NCBI GenBank assembly: GCA_045127535.1
Contig: JBGVQN010000009.1
Coordinates: 54,786 to 118,785 of the forward strand
Direction: 5' to 3'
Length of the DNA stretch: 64,000 bases
From: Lachnospiraceae bacterium
GTDB taxonomy: Bacteria > Bacillota > Clostridia > Lachnospirales > Lachnospiraceae
Part shown: piece after piece, positions 18,387 through 28,911 of the stretch
Position numbering within the stretch: position 1 is the stretch's first letter
How the letters are laid out: every line of letters begins with the position of its first letter
The notes under the pieces: model-generated
What the model was told of the DNA's origin: nothing
Seen by the model: only the letters and a program-made list of their open reading frames with translations
The model's database searches: none
Program-made: the position numbers and the translations under genes

Positions 18387-19916
18387 ATGTTCGGACGAGT
18401 AAACAGCGGTGCGATTTTAGGGATTGACGGGTATCTGGTGCAGGTGGAGGCAGATGTATGCAGCGGCCTGCCGGGATTTGATATGGTAGGGTTTCTGGCA
18501 TCAGAGGTCAGGGAGGCCAGAGAGCGTGTGCGGACAGCTCTGCGTAATTCCGGTTATGAGATGCCTCCAGCCAGAACTACCATCAATCTTTCTCCCGCAG
18601 ATTTGCGCAAAGAGGGGAATTATTTTGACCTGCCCATAGCCATAGCCATTTTAATGGCCATAGGAATACTGAGCAAAGAGGCATTGGAGGATGTATTTTT
18701 GGTAGGGGAGCTGAGCCTGGATGGAACCCTGCAGCCAGTAAATGGAGTGATCTCCCTGATTGGTACTGCCAGACAGGAGGGGATTCATACCTGCATCGTT
18801 CCTGCGGCCAATGGCAGGGAGGGTGCTGTCATAGAGGGCATACAGGTGTATGGGATGCATACCCTTTCTGATGTCATTGCATTTCTTTCGGGAAAAGGAC
18901 AGTTTGCTCCTGAACAGCCTGCAGAGGATGAACCATGTCTGGAGGATGATGCAGATGTGGATTTTGGAGAAATCAACGGACAGGAGACGGTGAAGCGTGC
19001 CACAATAGTGGCTGCAGCCGGCATGCACAATATTCTTTACATAGGTCCTCCAGGCTCTGGTAAGACGATGATCGCCAGACGGCTGCCTACCATACTGCCG
19101 CCTCTGACCAAAGAAGAACGCATAGAAATTTCTAAGATATACAGTATTTGCGGCCTGCTGCCCCCGGAACAGGGGCTGATCTGGAAGCGGCCGTTTCGCT
19201 GTCCTCATCATACCATTTCTGCCACTGCCCTTACCGGAGGCGGGCGGATTCCAAGACCTGGAGAGATTTCCCTGGCCAACAGAGGGGTATTGTTTTTAGA
19301 TGAGCTGCCGGAATTTCAGAAAAGTACTCTGGAGATTCTGCGCCAGCCCTTAGAGGATAAAAAAGTGGTCATTTCCAGAGTTCATGGTACTTACGAATAT
19401 CCCACCAATTTTGTATTGGCAGCTGCCATGAATCCCTGTAAATGTGGTTTTTATCCGGACAGGCGGTTATGCCGCTGCAGTGAAGCAGAGGTACAGAAGT
19501 ATTTAAATCATATTTCACAGCCGCTGCTGGACCGGATCGACATCTGCATTGAGGTGCCAAGGCTTGCTTATCAGGAGTTTTCCGCAGACCGCCCAGTTCC
19601 TACATCTGCCCAGCTGCGAAAGATGGTGGTTAGAGCTATGGAGATTCAAAAAGAACGGTATGCAGGTACTTCAGTATTATTTAACAGTGCCCTGTCGCCT
19701 GCCCAGATAAAAAAATACTGCAGACTGCAAAAAGAAGAGCAGACATTTTTAAAGGAAGTATTTGAAACCATGGAACTAAGCGCCAGAGCTTATCACAAAA
19801 TTTTGAAAGTAGCCCGTACCATAGCAGATTTAGAAGAAGCGGAGGAGATTTCAGGAGCACATCTGGCAGAAGCCATTGGGTATCGGAGTCTGGATAAAAA
19901 GTACTGGGGGCAGTAG
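18387..19916 (+). CDS. comM: YifB/ComM family Mg-chelatase-like ATPase
   Basis: The product is 509 aa with a ChlI-like AAA+ core. The N-terminus reads MFGRVNSGAILGIDGYLVQVEADV. Confidence 0.85.
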   Translation: MFGRVNSGAILGIDGYLVQVEADVCSGLPGFDMVGFLASEVREARERVRTALRNSGYEMPPARTTINLSPADLRKEGNYFDLPIAIAILMAIGILSKEALEDVFLVGELSLDGTLQPVNGVISLIGTARQEGIHTCIVPAANGREGAVIEGIQVYGMHTLSDVIAFLSGKGQFAPEQPAEDEPCLEDDADVDFGEINGQETVKRATIVAAAGMHNILYIGPPGSGKTMIARRLPTILPPLTKEERIEISKIYSICGLLPPEQGLIWKRPFRCPHHTISATALTGGGRIPRPGEISLANRGVLFLDELPEFQKSTLEILRQPLEDKKVVISRVHGTYEYPTNFVLAAAMNPCKCGFYPDRRLCRCSEAEVQKYLNHISQPLLDRIDICIEVPRLAYQEFSADRPVPTSAQLRKMVVRAMEIQKERYAGTSVLFNSALSPAQIKKYCRLQKEEQTFLKEVFETMELSARAYHKILKVARTIADLEEAEEISGAHLAEAIGYRSLDKKYWGQ

Positions 19917-19928
19917 GAGGATAAAAGG

Positions 19929-21023
19929 ATGACAAATGACGAATACTGGTACTGGTTTTGCACCATCCCGGGATTTGGAGCCAGAAAGCTGCAGGCGATA
20001 TTAGAATATTTTGGCAGTCCGGCAGATGCATTTAAGGCAGATCCGGAATACATTGGCCAGATTCCTCCTGTGCGGAAAAAAGATGTGGAAGCATGGAGAG
20101 AAAGTATTAGGAATGTGCATTTTGCCTGCAGACAGTATCATCTTCTCCAGCAGAAGCACATACAATTTATCACAAAAGTCCACTCTGCATATCCAAAGCG
20201 TCTTTTGCAGATCTATGACCCTCCTATGGGATTGTTTTACAGAGGCAGCCTGCCGTCAGATGATCAGCCTGCTGCTGCTATTATAGGAGCCAGAAGCTGC
20301 ACTTCTTATGGGAGAGAGGCGGCTTATCTTCTTGGAAAAGAGCTTGGCAGCAGGGACATCCAGATCGTCAGCGGCATGGCTCTGGGCATTGACGGTGCAG
20401 GACAGCGGGGAGCCATTGCAGGAGGAGGGCGGACCTTTGGCATTTTGGGTTCAGGGGTAGATGTGTGTTATCCAAAGGAAAATATAGAGCTATATTGCCA
20501 GATCCCGGCTCATGGAGGACTGATCTCCGAGTATTGTCCGGGACAAAAAGGGCTGCCCCAGCTCTTCCCAGTGCGTAATCGGATCATTGCTGCTTTATCA
20601 GACTGTATTATTGTAGTAGAGGCACGGGAAAAGAGTGGTACCTTGATTACGGTAGACCAGGGATTGGAGCAGGGAAAAGATATATTTGCAGTACCGGGCA
20701 GGTTAGGAGATCCCTTAAGTGCAGGGTGTAACCGGCTGATTCAAAACGGTGCTGCTATTTTGACGGATATACAGGATATTTATGCATATTTTCATATGGA
20801 AACGGTTTTGGAGGGCACAAAGGAGAAAAAGAAGAAAAAAACACTTGCAAATGACGAGAAAATAATATATAGTTGTTTGCGTTTAGAACCCAAACATTTA
20901 GAGGAGATTTTAAGCGAAACAGGGCTTTCCGTGAATCAGGCTGTATGGGGATTGATGCAGCTGGAGATGAAAGGATATATCACCCAGCCGCGGAAAAACT
21001 ATTACAAACGCAGAAGCAGCTGA
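19929..21023 (+). CDS. dprA: DNA processing protein DprA (Smf)
   Basis: A Rossmann-like DprA core, with GMALGIDGAGQRGA, and the conserved comM-dprA-topA synteny. Confidence 0.85.
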   Translation: MTNDEYWYWFCTIPGFGARKLQAILEYFGSPADAFKADPEYIGQIPPVRKKDVEAWRESIRNVHFACRQYHLLQQKHIQFITKVHSAYPKRLLQIYDPPMGLFYRGSLPSDDQPAAAIIGARSCTSYGREAAYLLGKELGSRDIQIVSGMALGIDGAGQRGAIAGGGRTFGILGSGVDVCYPKENIELYCQIPAHGGLISEYCPGQKGLPQLFPVRNRIIAALSDCIIVVEAREKSGTLITVDQGLEQGKDIFAVPGRLGDPLSAGCNRLIQNGAAILTDIQDIYAYFHMETVLEGTKEKKKKKTLANDEKIIYSCLRLEPKHLEEILSETGLSVNQAVWGLMQLEMKGYITQPRKNYYKRRSS

Positions 21024-21127
21024 TTGCTGTGCAGTCTGAGGAAACGGTTTCTGTTTTCAAAATAGATATCGGATATGAAATACCGGATATCAAAAACTGA
21101 CAGAATATGAAACGGTGAGGTATTGAA

Positions 21128-23203
21128 ATGGCCAAAAATCTGGTTATTGTGGAGTCACCTGCAAAGGTAAAAACAATTAAAAAGTTTCTGGGTAAGAATT
21201 ATGAGGTAATGGCCTCTAACGGACATGTCCGGGATCTGCCCAAAAGTCAGATGGGTATTGATGCAGAAAATGATTTCGAACCCAAATATATTACCATCCG
21301 AGGCAAAGGTGATGTACTGGCTGCCCTTCGTAAGGAAGTCAAAAAGGCAGACCATGTATACCTGGCAACGGACCCTGACCGGGAGGGAGAAGCCATTTCC
21401 TGGCATCTTTCGAATGCCTTGAAGCTGGAAGGGAAGGATGTACACCGGATTACCTTTAATGAAATCACCAAGAATGCAGTAAATGCATCGATTAAGAATC
21501 CAAGAAGCATCAATATGGATCTGGTCAACGCCCAGCAGACCAGACGTATTCTGGACAGAATGGTAGGTTACCGTATCAGTCCTCTGCTCTGGCAGAAAGT
21601 AAAAAGAGGTTTAAGTGCAGGCCGCGTACAGTCTGTCGCTTTGCGTATCATATGTGACAGAGAGGCAGAAATTGCTGCATTTATTCCGGAGGAATACTGG
21701 ACACTGGATGCTTTCCTGCAGGTGGCAGGAGAAAAGAAGCTTTTGGAGGCCAAATTTTACGGAAAAGAGGGCAGAAAGCAGACCATCGGTTCCAAAGAAG
21801 AATTGGATGGGATTATGCAGGCCATTGATGGCAAGCCTTTTCAGGTAAAGGAGATCAAGGAAAAAGAGCGCATCAAAAAAGCACCTCTTCCATTTACTAC
21901 CAGTACATTACAGCAGGAAGCTGCCAATCGTCTGAACTTTTCTACTCAGAAAACCATGCGTCTGGCCCAGCAGCTGTATGAAGGTGTAGATGTGGAGGGA
22001 GAAGGTACCATTGGTATTATTACGTATCTGCGTACCGATTCTACCCGTATTGCAGAGGAAGCAGATGCCTCTGCAAGAGCATATATTTCCCAGGTGTATG
22101 GAGATGCGTATGTAGGAGTCAGGGAAGAAAAGGAGCAGAAGAGTCAGAAAATTCAGGATGCGCATGAAGCCATACGTCCTACCAATATCAGCCTGACACC
22201 GGAGCGGTTAAAGAGCTCTTTAAGCAGAGACCAGTACCGCCTGTATCAATTGATCTGGAAACGGTTTGCAGCCAGCCGTATGGCAGAGGCAAAGTATGGT
22301 ACGGTACAGATCAAACTGCAGGCAGGAGAGTATCTTTTTACTGCATCTGCCACCAAGCTGGTTTTTGAAGGATTTTTGCAGGTATATAATGATGAAGAAA
22401 AGCAGCAGAACAATGGGGCAGTGCGCAGTGTAACGAAGGATTCTGCATTGACAGTGGATTCCCTGGTCAGCAAGCAGCATTTTACCCAGCCGCCGGCACA
22501 CTTTACAGAGGCATCCCTGGTAAAGGCATTGGAGGAACAGGGCATTGGACGTCCTTCTACCTATGCGCCTACCATTACTACTATTCTGGCAAGACATTAC
22601 ATTGTAAAGGAAAATAAAAATCTATATGTAACAGCATTGGGAGAAGTGGTAAATGATATTATGGTACATTCTTTTGCCAGCATTGTAGATGTCTCCTTTA
22701 CGGCCAATCTGGAATATTTGTTAGATATGGTAGGAGAGGGAAAGGTAGAGTGGAAGACCGTGATCCGCAATTTCTATCCCGATCTGGATGCGGCAGTCAT
22801 TGCTGCAGAAAAGGAATTGGAAAATGTGACGATCCAGGAAGAAGTCAGTGACGAAATCTGTGATGTATGCGGCCGGAATATGGTCATCAAGTATGGTCCT
22901 CATGGTAAATTCCTGGCATGCCCGGGATTTCCAGAATGCCGTAATACCAAGCCTTATTATGAAAAGATCGGTGTAGCATGCCCTAAATGCGGGAAAGATG
23001 TGGTAATCAAGATGTCTAAAAAGGGCAGACGTTACTATGGCTGTATTGATAATCCGGATTGTGATTTTATGTCCTGGGCAAAACCTTCCCAGAAAACCTG
23101 CCCGGAATGTGGAAGCTACATGGTAGAAAAAGGCAATAAGCTGATTTGTGCAGCAGAAGGATGCGGTTATATGGAAAACCGCCCTCAGGAAGAAGAGGAT
23201 TAA
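21128..23203 (+). CDS. topA: DNA topoisomerase I
   Basis: A TOPRIM N-terminus reading LVIVESPAKVKTIKKFLG, and three C-terminal Cys4 zinc ribbons. Confidence 0.9.
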   Translation: MAKNLVIVESPAKVKTIKKFLGKNYEVMASNGHVRDLPKSQMGIDAENDFEPKYITIRGKGDVLAALRKEVKKADHVYLATDPDREGEAISWHLSNALKLEGKDVHRITFNEITKNAVNASIKNPRSINMDLVNAQQTRRILDRMVGYRISPLLWQKVKRGLSAGRVQSVALRIICDREAEIAAFIPEEYWTLDAFLQVAGEKKLLEAKFYGKEGRKQTIGSKEELDGIMQAIDGKPFQVKEIKEKERIKKAPLPFTTSTLQQEAANRLNFSTQKTMRLAQQLYEGVDVEGEGTIGIITYLRTDSTRIAEEADASARAYISQVYGDAYVGVREEKEQKSQKIQDAHEAIRPTNISLTPERLKSSLSRDQYRLYQLIWKRFAASRMAEAKYGTVQIKLQAGEYLFTASATKLVFEGFLQVYNDEEKQQNNGAVRSVTKDSALTVDSLVSKQHFTQPPAHFTEASLVKALEEQGIGRPSTYAPTITTILARHYIVKENKNLYVTALGEVVNDIMVHSFASIVDVSFTANLEYLLDMVGEGKVEWKTVIRNFYPDLDAAVIAAEKELENVTIQEEVSDEICDVCGRNMVIKYGPHGKFLACPGFPECRNTKPYYEKIGVACPKCGKDVVIKMSKKGRRYYGCIDNPDCDFMSWAKPSQKTCPECGSYMVEKGNKLICAAEGCGYMENRPQEEED

Positions 23204-23459
23204 GGCTGCAGCAGGCTGCCTGAGATGATGTATTGCTTATCAATATTCTGTGTTGCGTGTGTTTTACAGGTAAAAAAAGCAAGATTGAGAAAATATGCAG
23301 GACTTAAGAGACTAATTAACAGAATAAATTGGAAAAATTATAAATTTTCTGACAAAAGATAGAATTACCGCTTGTTTAATTGATAAATATATGATACTCT
23401 AGTTATAGATTCTAATATAAATGCATGTGTGATAACTGCAGAGGGAAAGGAAGGGTATC

Positions 23460-24239
23460 ATGAGTGTACAGTTGTTAGACAAGACAAGAAAAATTAATAA
23501 GCTGCTTCACAATAATAATTCCAGCAAGGTTGTTTTCAATGATATTTGTCTGGTACTGAGTGAAATTCTCAATTCCAATATTCTGGTCATCAGTAAAAAA
23601 GGCAAAGTATTAGGAATTGGACACAGAAACGGTGTGGATGAAATCAATGAGCTGCTGCAGGGACAGGTGGGCGGTTTTATTGACCATATGCTCAATGAGC
23701 GTCTGTTAAGTGTATTGTCTACCAAGGAAAATGTCAATCTGGCAACCTTGGGATTCACAGAGGAAAATGTGAGAAAATACCAGGCCATTATTACACCCAT
23801 TGATATTGCCGGGGAGCGTCTGGGAACCTTGTTCATTTACAAGAGCGGAGAGGGATATGAAATTGATGACATTATTCTCAGTGAATACGGTACGACTGTA
23901 GTGGGATTGGAAATGATGCGTTCTGTCAATGAGGAAAATGCAGAAGAAAACCGGAAGGTCAGCATTGTAAAATCAGCAATTAATACATTGAGCTTTTCAG
24001 AACTGGAAGCCATTACCCATATCTTTGATGAACTGGATGGCAATGAGGGCATACTGGTAGCCAGCAAGATTGCAGACAGAGTGGGTATTACCCGTTCTGT
24101 GATTGTGAATGCACTCCGTAAGTTCGAAAGCGCTGGTGTCATTGAATCCCGTTCCTCTGGTATGAAGGGAACCTATATTAAGATCCTCAATGATGCGGTA
24201 TTTGACGAGCTGAAGAAGATCGATACCAAGAATATGTAA
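23460..24239 (+). CDS. codY: GTP-sensing pleiotropic transcriptional repressor CodY
   Basis: A GAF N-terminus and a C-terminal wHTH reading ASKIADRVGITRSVIVNALRKFES. Confidence 0.9.
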   Translation: MSVQLLDKTRKINKLLHNNNSSKVVFNDICLVLSEILNSNILVISKKGKVLGIGHRNGVDEINELLQGQVGGFIDHMLNERLLSVLSTKENVNLATLGFTEENVRKYQAIITPIDIAGERLGTLFIYKSGEGYEIDDIILSEYGTTVVGLEMMRSVNEENAEENRKVSIVKSAINTLSFSELEAITHIFDELDGNEGILVASKIADRVGITRSVIVNALRKFESAGVIESRSSGMKGTYIKILNDAVFDELKKIDTKNM

Positions 24240-24512
24240 TGCTATTTCTCAATAGAGAGACCCGCCCAGAGCAGTATATTATATGGAAGAAACTCCTGTA
24301 AAAGCAGCAAGTGGATTTGCAGAAGATGTTTTGCCAGATCCGGATATAGAATATGCAGAAAAGATAGAATTCATGCTTGATTTCTATCTTTTTTTGTGTT
24401 ATAGTGGTAAGGCTGAACATACACGTATGGGAATGACGTGGACGGTGCCGCAATGCGGTCCCATGGGAACGAACCATACGGAAGCAAAAACCAAATCAAA
24501 AGGAGAACGAAA

Positions 24513-25256
24513 ATGAGCGTTATTTCTATGAAGCAGCTGCTGGAAGCAGGCGTACACTTTGGACATCAGACAAGAAGATGGAACCCTAAGATGGCTCCAT
24601 ACATCTACACCGAGAGAAACGGTATTTACATCATCGACTTACAGAAGTCTGTAGGTAAGGTAGACGAAGCTTACAAGGCTGTAGCTGATATCGCAGCTGA
24701 AGGTGGTACAATCTTATTCGTTGGTACTAAGAAGCAGGCTCAGGATGCTGTAGCAAGCGAAGCACAGAGATGTGGTATGTACTATGTAAACCAGAGATGG
24801 TTAGGTGGTATGCTGACCAACTTCAAGACCATCCAGAGCAGAATTGAGCGTCTTCGTGCAATTGAGAAGATGTCTGAGGATGGAACTTTCGACGTACTGC
24901 CAAAGAAGGAAGTAGTTGAATTAAAGAAGGAATGGGACAAGTTAGAGAAGAACCTTGGCGGTATCAAGGATATGAAGAAGATCCCAGATGCAATCTTCGT
25001 TGTTGACCCTAAGAAGGAGAAGAACTGTGTACAGGAGGCTCACAACTTAGGCATCACTCTGATCGGTATTGCAGATACCAACTGTGATCCAGAAGAATTA
25101 GATTATGTAATCCCAGGCAATGATGATGCAATCAGAGCCGTTAAGTTAATTGTTTCCAAGATGGCAGATGCTGTAATCGAGGCTAAGCAGGGTGAAGTAA
25201 CTGTTGAGACTGAGGAAGCAGAGGTTGTTGAAGAGGAAACAGCAGTAGAAGAGTAA
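24513..25256 (+). CDS. rpsB: 30S ribosomal protein S2
   Basis: The N-terminus reads [27 protein letters not shown]. Confidence 0.9.
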   Translation: MSVISMKQLLEAGVHFGHQTRRWNPKMAPYIYTERNGIYIIDLQKSVGKVDEAYKAVADIAAEGGTILFVGTKKQAQDAVASEAQRCGMYYVNQRWLGGMLTNFKTIQSRIERLRAIEKMSEDGTFDVLPKKEVVELKKEWDKLEKNLGGIKDMKKIPDAIFVVDPKKEKNCVQEAHNLGITLIGIADTNCDPEELDYVIPGNDDAIRAVKLIVSKMADAVIEAKQGEVTVETEEAEVVEEETAVEE

Positions 25257-25398
25257 TCTTCACAATCTGAACCTAAGAAGGCGGCATTCCACAGGGATGC
25301 CTGCCGCTTTCATTCATGACAGCGGAAAGTTCGCAAGGCATACTTTTGCTGTTTGAAACAAGAGAAAGCATATTATCATATATCAGGAGGGTTTTACA

Positions 25399-26340
25399 AT
25401 GGCAGCTATTTCTGCAAAGATGGTAAAAGATTTAAGAGAAATGACTGGCGCTGGTATGATGGACTGTAAGAAGGCTCTTGCAGCTACAGACGGCGATATG
25501 GATAAGGCAGTAGAGTTCTTAAGAGAAAAAGGACTTGCTGCAGCTGCAAAGAAGGCTGGCAGAATTGCAGCTGAGGGTATTGTTTACGCAGTAGTAAACA
25601 ACGACACTACAGCTACTATCGTTGAGGTTAACTCTGAGACAGACTTCGTTGCAAAGAATGCTGATTTCCAGGCATATGTTGCTGAGGTTGCTGAGCAGGC
25701 AATCGCTTCTGCAAACGAGAACGATATGGATGCATTCATGGCTGAGACATGGTGCAAGGACGCTTCCAAGACTGTTGCTGAGGAGCTGTCTTCTAAGACT
25801 GCTATCATCGGTGAGAAGTTAAGCATCCGTAGATTCAAGAACATCCAGGTTACCGACGGCTGTGTAGTTTCCTACATTCACGGCGGCGGAAGAATCGGTG
25901 TTCTGTTAGAGGCTGCTACTGCAACTGTAAATGACAACGTAAAGGAAGCATTAAAGAACGTTGCAATGCAGATCGCTGCATTAAAGCCAATGTATCTGGA
26001 CAGAGCTTCTGTATCTGAAGAATTCATTGCTCATGAGAAGGAAATCCTGATGGCTCAGATCATGAACGATCCTAAGGAAGCAAGCAAGCCAGAGAAGGTA
26101 ATCGCTGGTATGATCAATGGACGTCTGAACAAGGAATTAAAGGAATTCTGTCTGTTAGATCAGGTTTATGTAAAGGCTGAGGATGGCAAGCAGACTGTAG
26201 GTCAGTATCTGGCAGCAGTATCTAAGGCAGAAGGTACAGACATCACATTAAAGAGCTTCGTTCGTTTCGAGACCGGTGAAGGTATGGAAAAGAAGGAAGA
26301 GAACTTTGCTGAGGAAGTAGCAAAGCAGATGGGATGCTAA
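25399..26340 (+). CDS. tsf: elongation factor Ts
   Basis: A UBA-like N-terminus reading VKDLREMTGAGMMDCKKAL. The position follows rpsB. Confidence 0.9.
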   Translation: MAAISAKMVKDLREMTGAGMMDCKKALAATDGDMDKAVEFLREKGLAAAAKKAGRIAAEGIVYAVVNNDTTATIVEVNSETDFVAKNADFQAYVAEVAEQAIASANENDMDAFMAETWCKDASKTVAEELSSKTAIIGEKLSIRRFKNIQVTDGCVVSYIHGGGRIGVLLEAATATVNDNVKEALKNVAMQIAALKPMYLDRASVSEEFIAHEKEILMAQIMNDPKEASKPEKVIAGMINGRLNKELKEFCLLDQVYVKAEDGKQTVGQYLAAVSKAEGTDITLKSFVRFETGEGMEKKEENFAEEVAKQMGC

Positions 26341-26361
26341 AAAGAAGTGTTTAAGTATAAA

Positions 26362-26405
26362 ATAGAGTGCTATTGTTTACAAGATAATAGCACTCTATTT
26401 TTTGT
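26362..26405 (+). terminator. rho-independent terminator of rpsB-tsf
   Basis: A 13-bp stem, ATAGAGTGCTATT / AATAGCACTCTAT, followed by TTTTTTG. Confidence 0.7.
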
Positions 26406-26424
26406 GAAAATAATTTTTAAAAAT

Positions 26425-26462
26425 CGTAAAAAAATAGGAGTAACTTACTAGTTACTCCTATT
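26425..26462 (-). terminator. rho-independent terminator of the amidase cassette
   Basis: Hairpin AGGAGTAACT-tact-AGTTACTCCT, followed by TTTTTTT on the minus strand. Confidence 0.65.
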
Positions 26463-26469
26463 CGTCTTA

Positions 26470-27459
26470 TTATTTTGCGGGAATTAACAAAATTTGTCCT
26501 ACATTAATGACAGTGCTTTTTAATCCATTTAATTCCATAATTTCCGTATATCTATTTTCAGCACCCAGATGTTTCTTTGCGATACTGGATAATGTGTCGC
26601 CAGATTTAACAGTATACTCTTTATGATTTGGAACATAAGAGTAGTATTTGCCATTCTGATAAGAAGTATAAGCATAACCACATTCTTCGCCCGCCCAAAC
26701 AATTTTGAACCATCCGTTTGAAGTAATTTCTAATACTTCGACTGCAGTTCCTTTTGTAATAGTTGCATAAGCTTTATAGTTAGTTCCTGCACCGCTACGG
26801 ATAGCCATTGAGTCTAATGCAAATGCAGAACCAATTCCTTTTCCAACATAAGATGTATTGCCGTCACTGCTTGCTGTTAAATTAAACCCCTCAGTAATAC
26901 CTTTAATATAGGCTTGTGCAATTTTATTTTTATTGTTTTGATACCAAGTCACATCATCCTTATCAGAAATAAAACATGTCTCAAATAATCCATGAGATAC
27001 ACCTTGCGCTCTGACACGTTCCTGCACCAATAAACCACCACTATATTGTCTTTGAGATACTACAATTCCGTCCCATGCTTTACAGCTTCCAATTGCATAC
27101 ATATTTTTCAAAATTGCATCTTCTACGCTGTGTCCTGTTTCTGACTGACTGATATAAAACATAGACCCCTTCATCTTACCATCACCAGTTGTATCGTTTG
27201 TGGTTGAAGAATTAAAATGGATCTCACCAACATATGTATATGGAGTAAAATCATAAGAACCACCATTTTTTAAAAATGTATAGTAGTTTTTTGATGTATC
27301 AGCAATAGTACAATTAATACCTGCGGTATCAGCAGCAGACTTAATTAATTTCACAAGTTCTCTTGTCAAATCAGCCTCTTTATATCCATTGCCGCATGCG
27401 CCAGAATCGCCGTTTCCATGTCCAGCAATTAACAATAATTTAAACTCTTTCTTTTCCAT
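26470..27459 (-). CDS. N-acetylmuramoyl-L-alanine amidase (Amidase_3) with SH3b and C-terminal LysM domains
   Basis: The amidase_3 N-terminus reads LLIAGHGNGDSGACGNGYKEADL. The LysM at the C-terminus reads YTVKSGDTLSSIAKKHLG. An RBS, GGAGGACG, lies 5 nt before the start at MEKKEF. Confidence 0.75.
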   Translation of the reverse strand: MEKKEFKLLLIAGHGNGDSGACGNGYKEADLTRELVKLIKSAADTAGINCTIADTSKNYYTFLKNGGSYDFTPYTYVGEIHFNSSTTNDTTGDGKMKGSMFYISQSETGHSVEDAILKNMYAIGSCKAWDGIVVSQRQYSGGLLVQERVRAQGVSHGLFETCFISDKDDVTWYQNNKNKIAQAYIKGITEGFNLTASSDGNTSYVGKGIGSAFALDSMAIRSGAGTNYKAYATITKGTAVEVLEITSNGWFKIVWAGEECGYAYTSYQNGKYYSYVPNHKEYTVKSGDTLSSIAKKHLGAENRYTEIMELNGLKSTVINVGQILLIPAK

Positions 27460-27474
27460 ATAATCGTCCTCCAT

Positions 27475-27939
27475 TTATCGTAATTTTTTAGGAAATTCTA
27501 AAATAACATAGCCAAATACTTTATAATAAGGAACCGGAAGCTCCTTAAAAATATAATAATTTATAGCATCCGCTATAAAAATACCAATAACCGATAAAAA
27601 ACACCATATAATACTAAATGGCAAACAAATAACTCCCATAAAGTTCAGTGGAATATTTGAATAGTCCCACATTTGTGGTATAGAAGTGTGTAATGCTAAT
27701 AATCCTATAATCAACTCAAAAAATGTGATTATTATAGACCCTATTATTGACTGAATTATCAAATCTGTTTCCCATGATATTTTGTTATTAATTTTATCTA
27801 GTATTACAATTGCTAATCCACCACACAATCCCATTAAAGGAAACGTATATTGCCTCCACAATAACTCTATCAACATGTATCCAAAAAATCCAACCGAAAA
27901 CAAAGTAATAAATTTTACTATTTTTCGTCTAATTTTCAT
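27475..27939 (-). CDS. small 4-TM membrane protein (holin-like?), translationally coupled to amidase
   Basis: A 154-aa hydrophobic protein. Its stop abuts the amidase RBS. The region is low-GC. Confidence 0.45.
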   Translation of the reverse strand: MKIRRKIVKFITLFSVGFFGYMLIELLWRQYTFPLMGLCGGLAIVILDKINNKISWETDLIIQSIIGSIIITFFELIIGLLALHTSIPQMWDYSNIPLNFMGVICLPFSIIWCFLSVIGIFIADAINYYIFKELPVPYYKVFGYVILEFPKKLR

Positions 27940-28254
27940 TTATACCTCCAACAATTCTTTTAGAATTTCAGACTGATATTCTTCTGGGATTTCACATCCG
28001 TATTCAATAATTGCAATCTCTTCGATTGTTGCTAATGATTCTACATATGCTTTTAACGAATTAAAATATGTAACATGATATGTTTTGAATGCTGTTGCAG
28101 TATTCAAGATTGTATTGATATCTTGTGCTGAGTAATAACGGCATAACTCACCATCTGCATGATATGGAATTTCGGTCTGACCAGAGGCAGCCAAAGAAGA
28201 AAGAGTGATCAAATTCAATTGATTCATATAAAATATCGTATTCAGATTTTTCAA
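27940..28254 (-). CDS. hypothetical 104-aa protein, first gene of the low-GC cassette
   Basis: Its stop codon overlaps the ATG of the 4-TM gene. No recognisable motifs. Confidence 0.4.
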   Translation of the reverse strand: MKNLNTIFYMNQLNLITLSSLAASGQTEIPYHADGELCRYYSAQDINTILNTATAFKTYHVTYFNSLKAYVESLATIEEIAIIEYGCEIPEEYQSEILKELLEV

Positions 28255-28347
28255 TACTTATTACAGTATTTCTTCATAAACATATTTATCAGAAGTAATT
28301 GGCAACATCCAATATGTATGATATGATTTATCTTTATATTGAATATA

Positions 28348-28569
28348 TTATGCTTCAGATTCGTTACATTTTAGGATAATTTGATGTTTTTCTTGAAATT
28401 TTCTGAAGTCAGAAGTAGTACCAATTCCTATAAAATTAGTATTAATAATTAATTTGTAATAGTTCATTATACCACGTATAATCCAATTATCCTCTTTTGA
28501 GGGTAATGGATTATTCTCCTTTTTGATAAGTATAATCTGTTCAACGTGTCCATAGTTATATCTTAGCAC
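28348..28569 (-). pseudogene. possible remnant of a group II intron maturase/RT (domain X-like 'RGxxNYY')
   Basis: A 73-aa ORF containing IRGIMNYYKL, reminiscent of the RGWxNYY maturase motif. The region is AT-rich. Confidence 0.2.
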
Positions 28570-28911
28570 CAGAACTGGTCAGATATCAAAGTGGAATCCA
28601 TTCATCATAGCGTATCTCTGGATACCAAAAAGAAAGTCTATTTTAATGCACATATATGGGGATTGTAAAAACATAGGAAGAAAACTCCATTATAGAAAAA
28701 AGTTGCATTTAGATAAATAAGGAAGTATAGTACAAGTATCAGATCTACACCTGATGCTTTATCAGTGTGTCTTGGACAGAGTCAGTCCTTTTATTTCCGA
28801 AGGTAAATTTACGCAATCGAAGAAAGCTTTTATACATTGCCTCTCTGCTGACTTTCTGTTATTCTGTTATTATTCCCAATATTTTCCCATAGGAGAGAAA
28901 CGGAGTACTTT

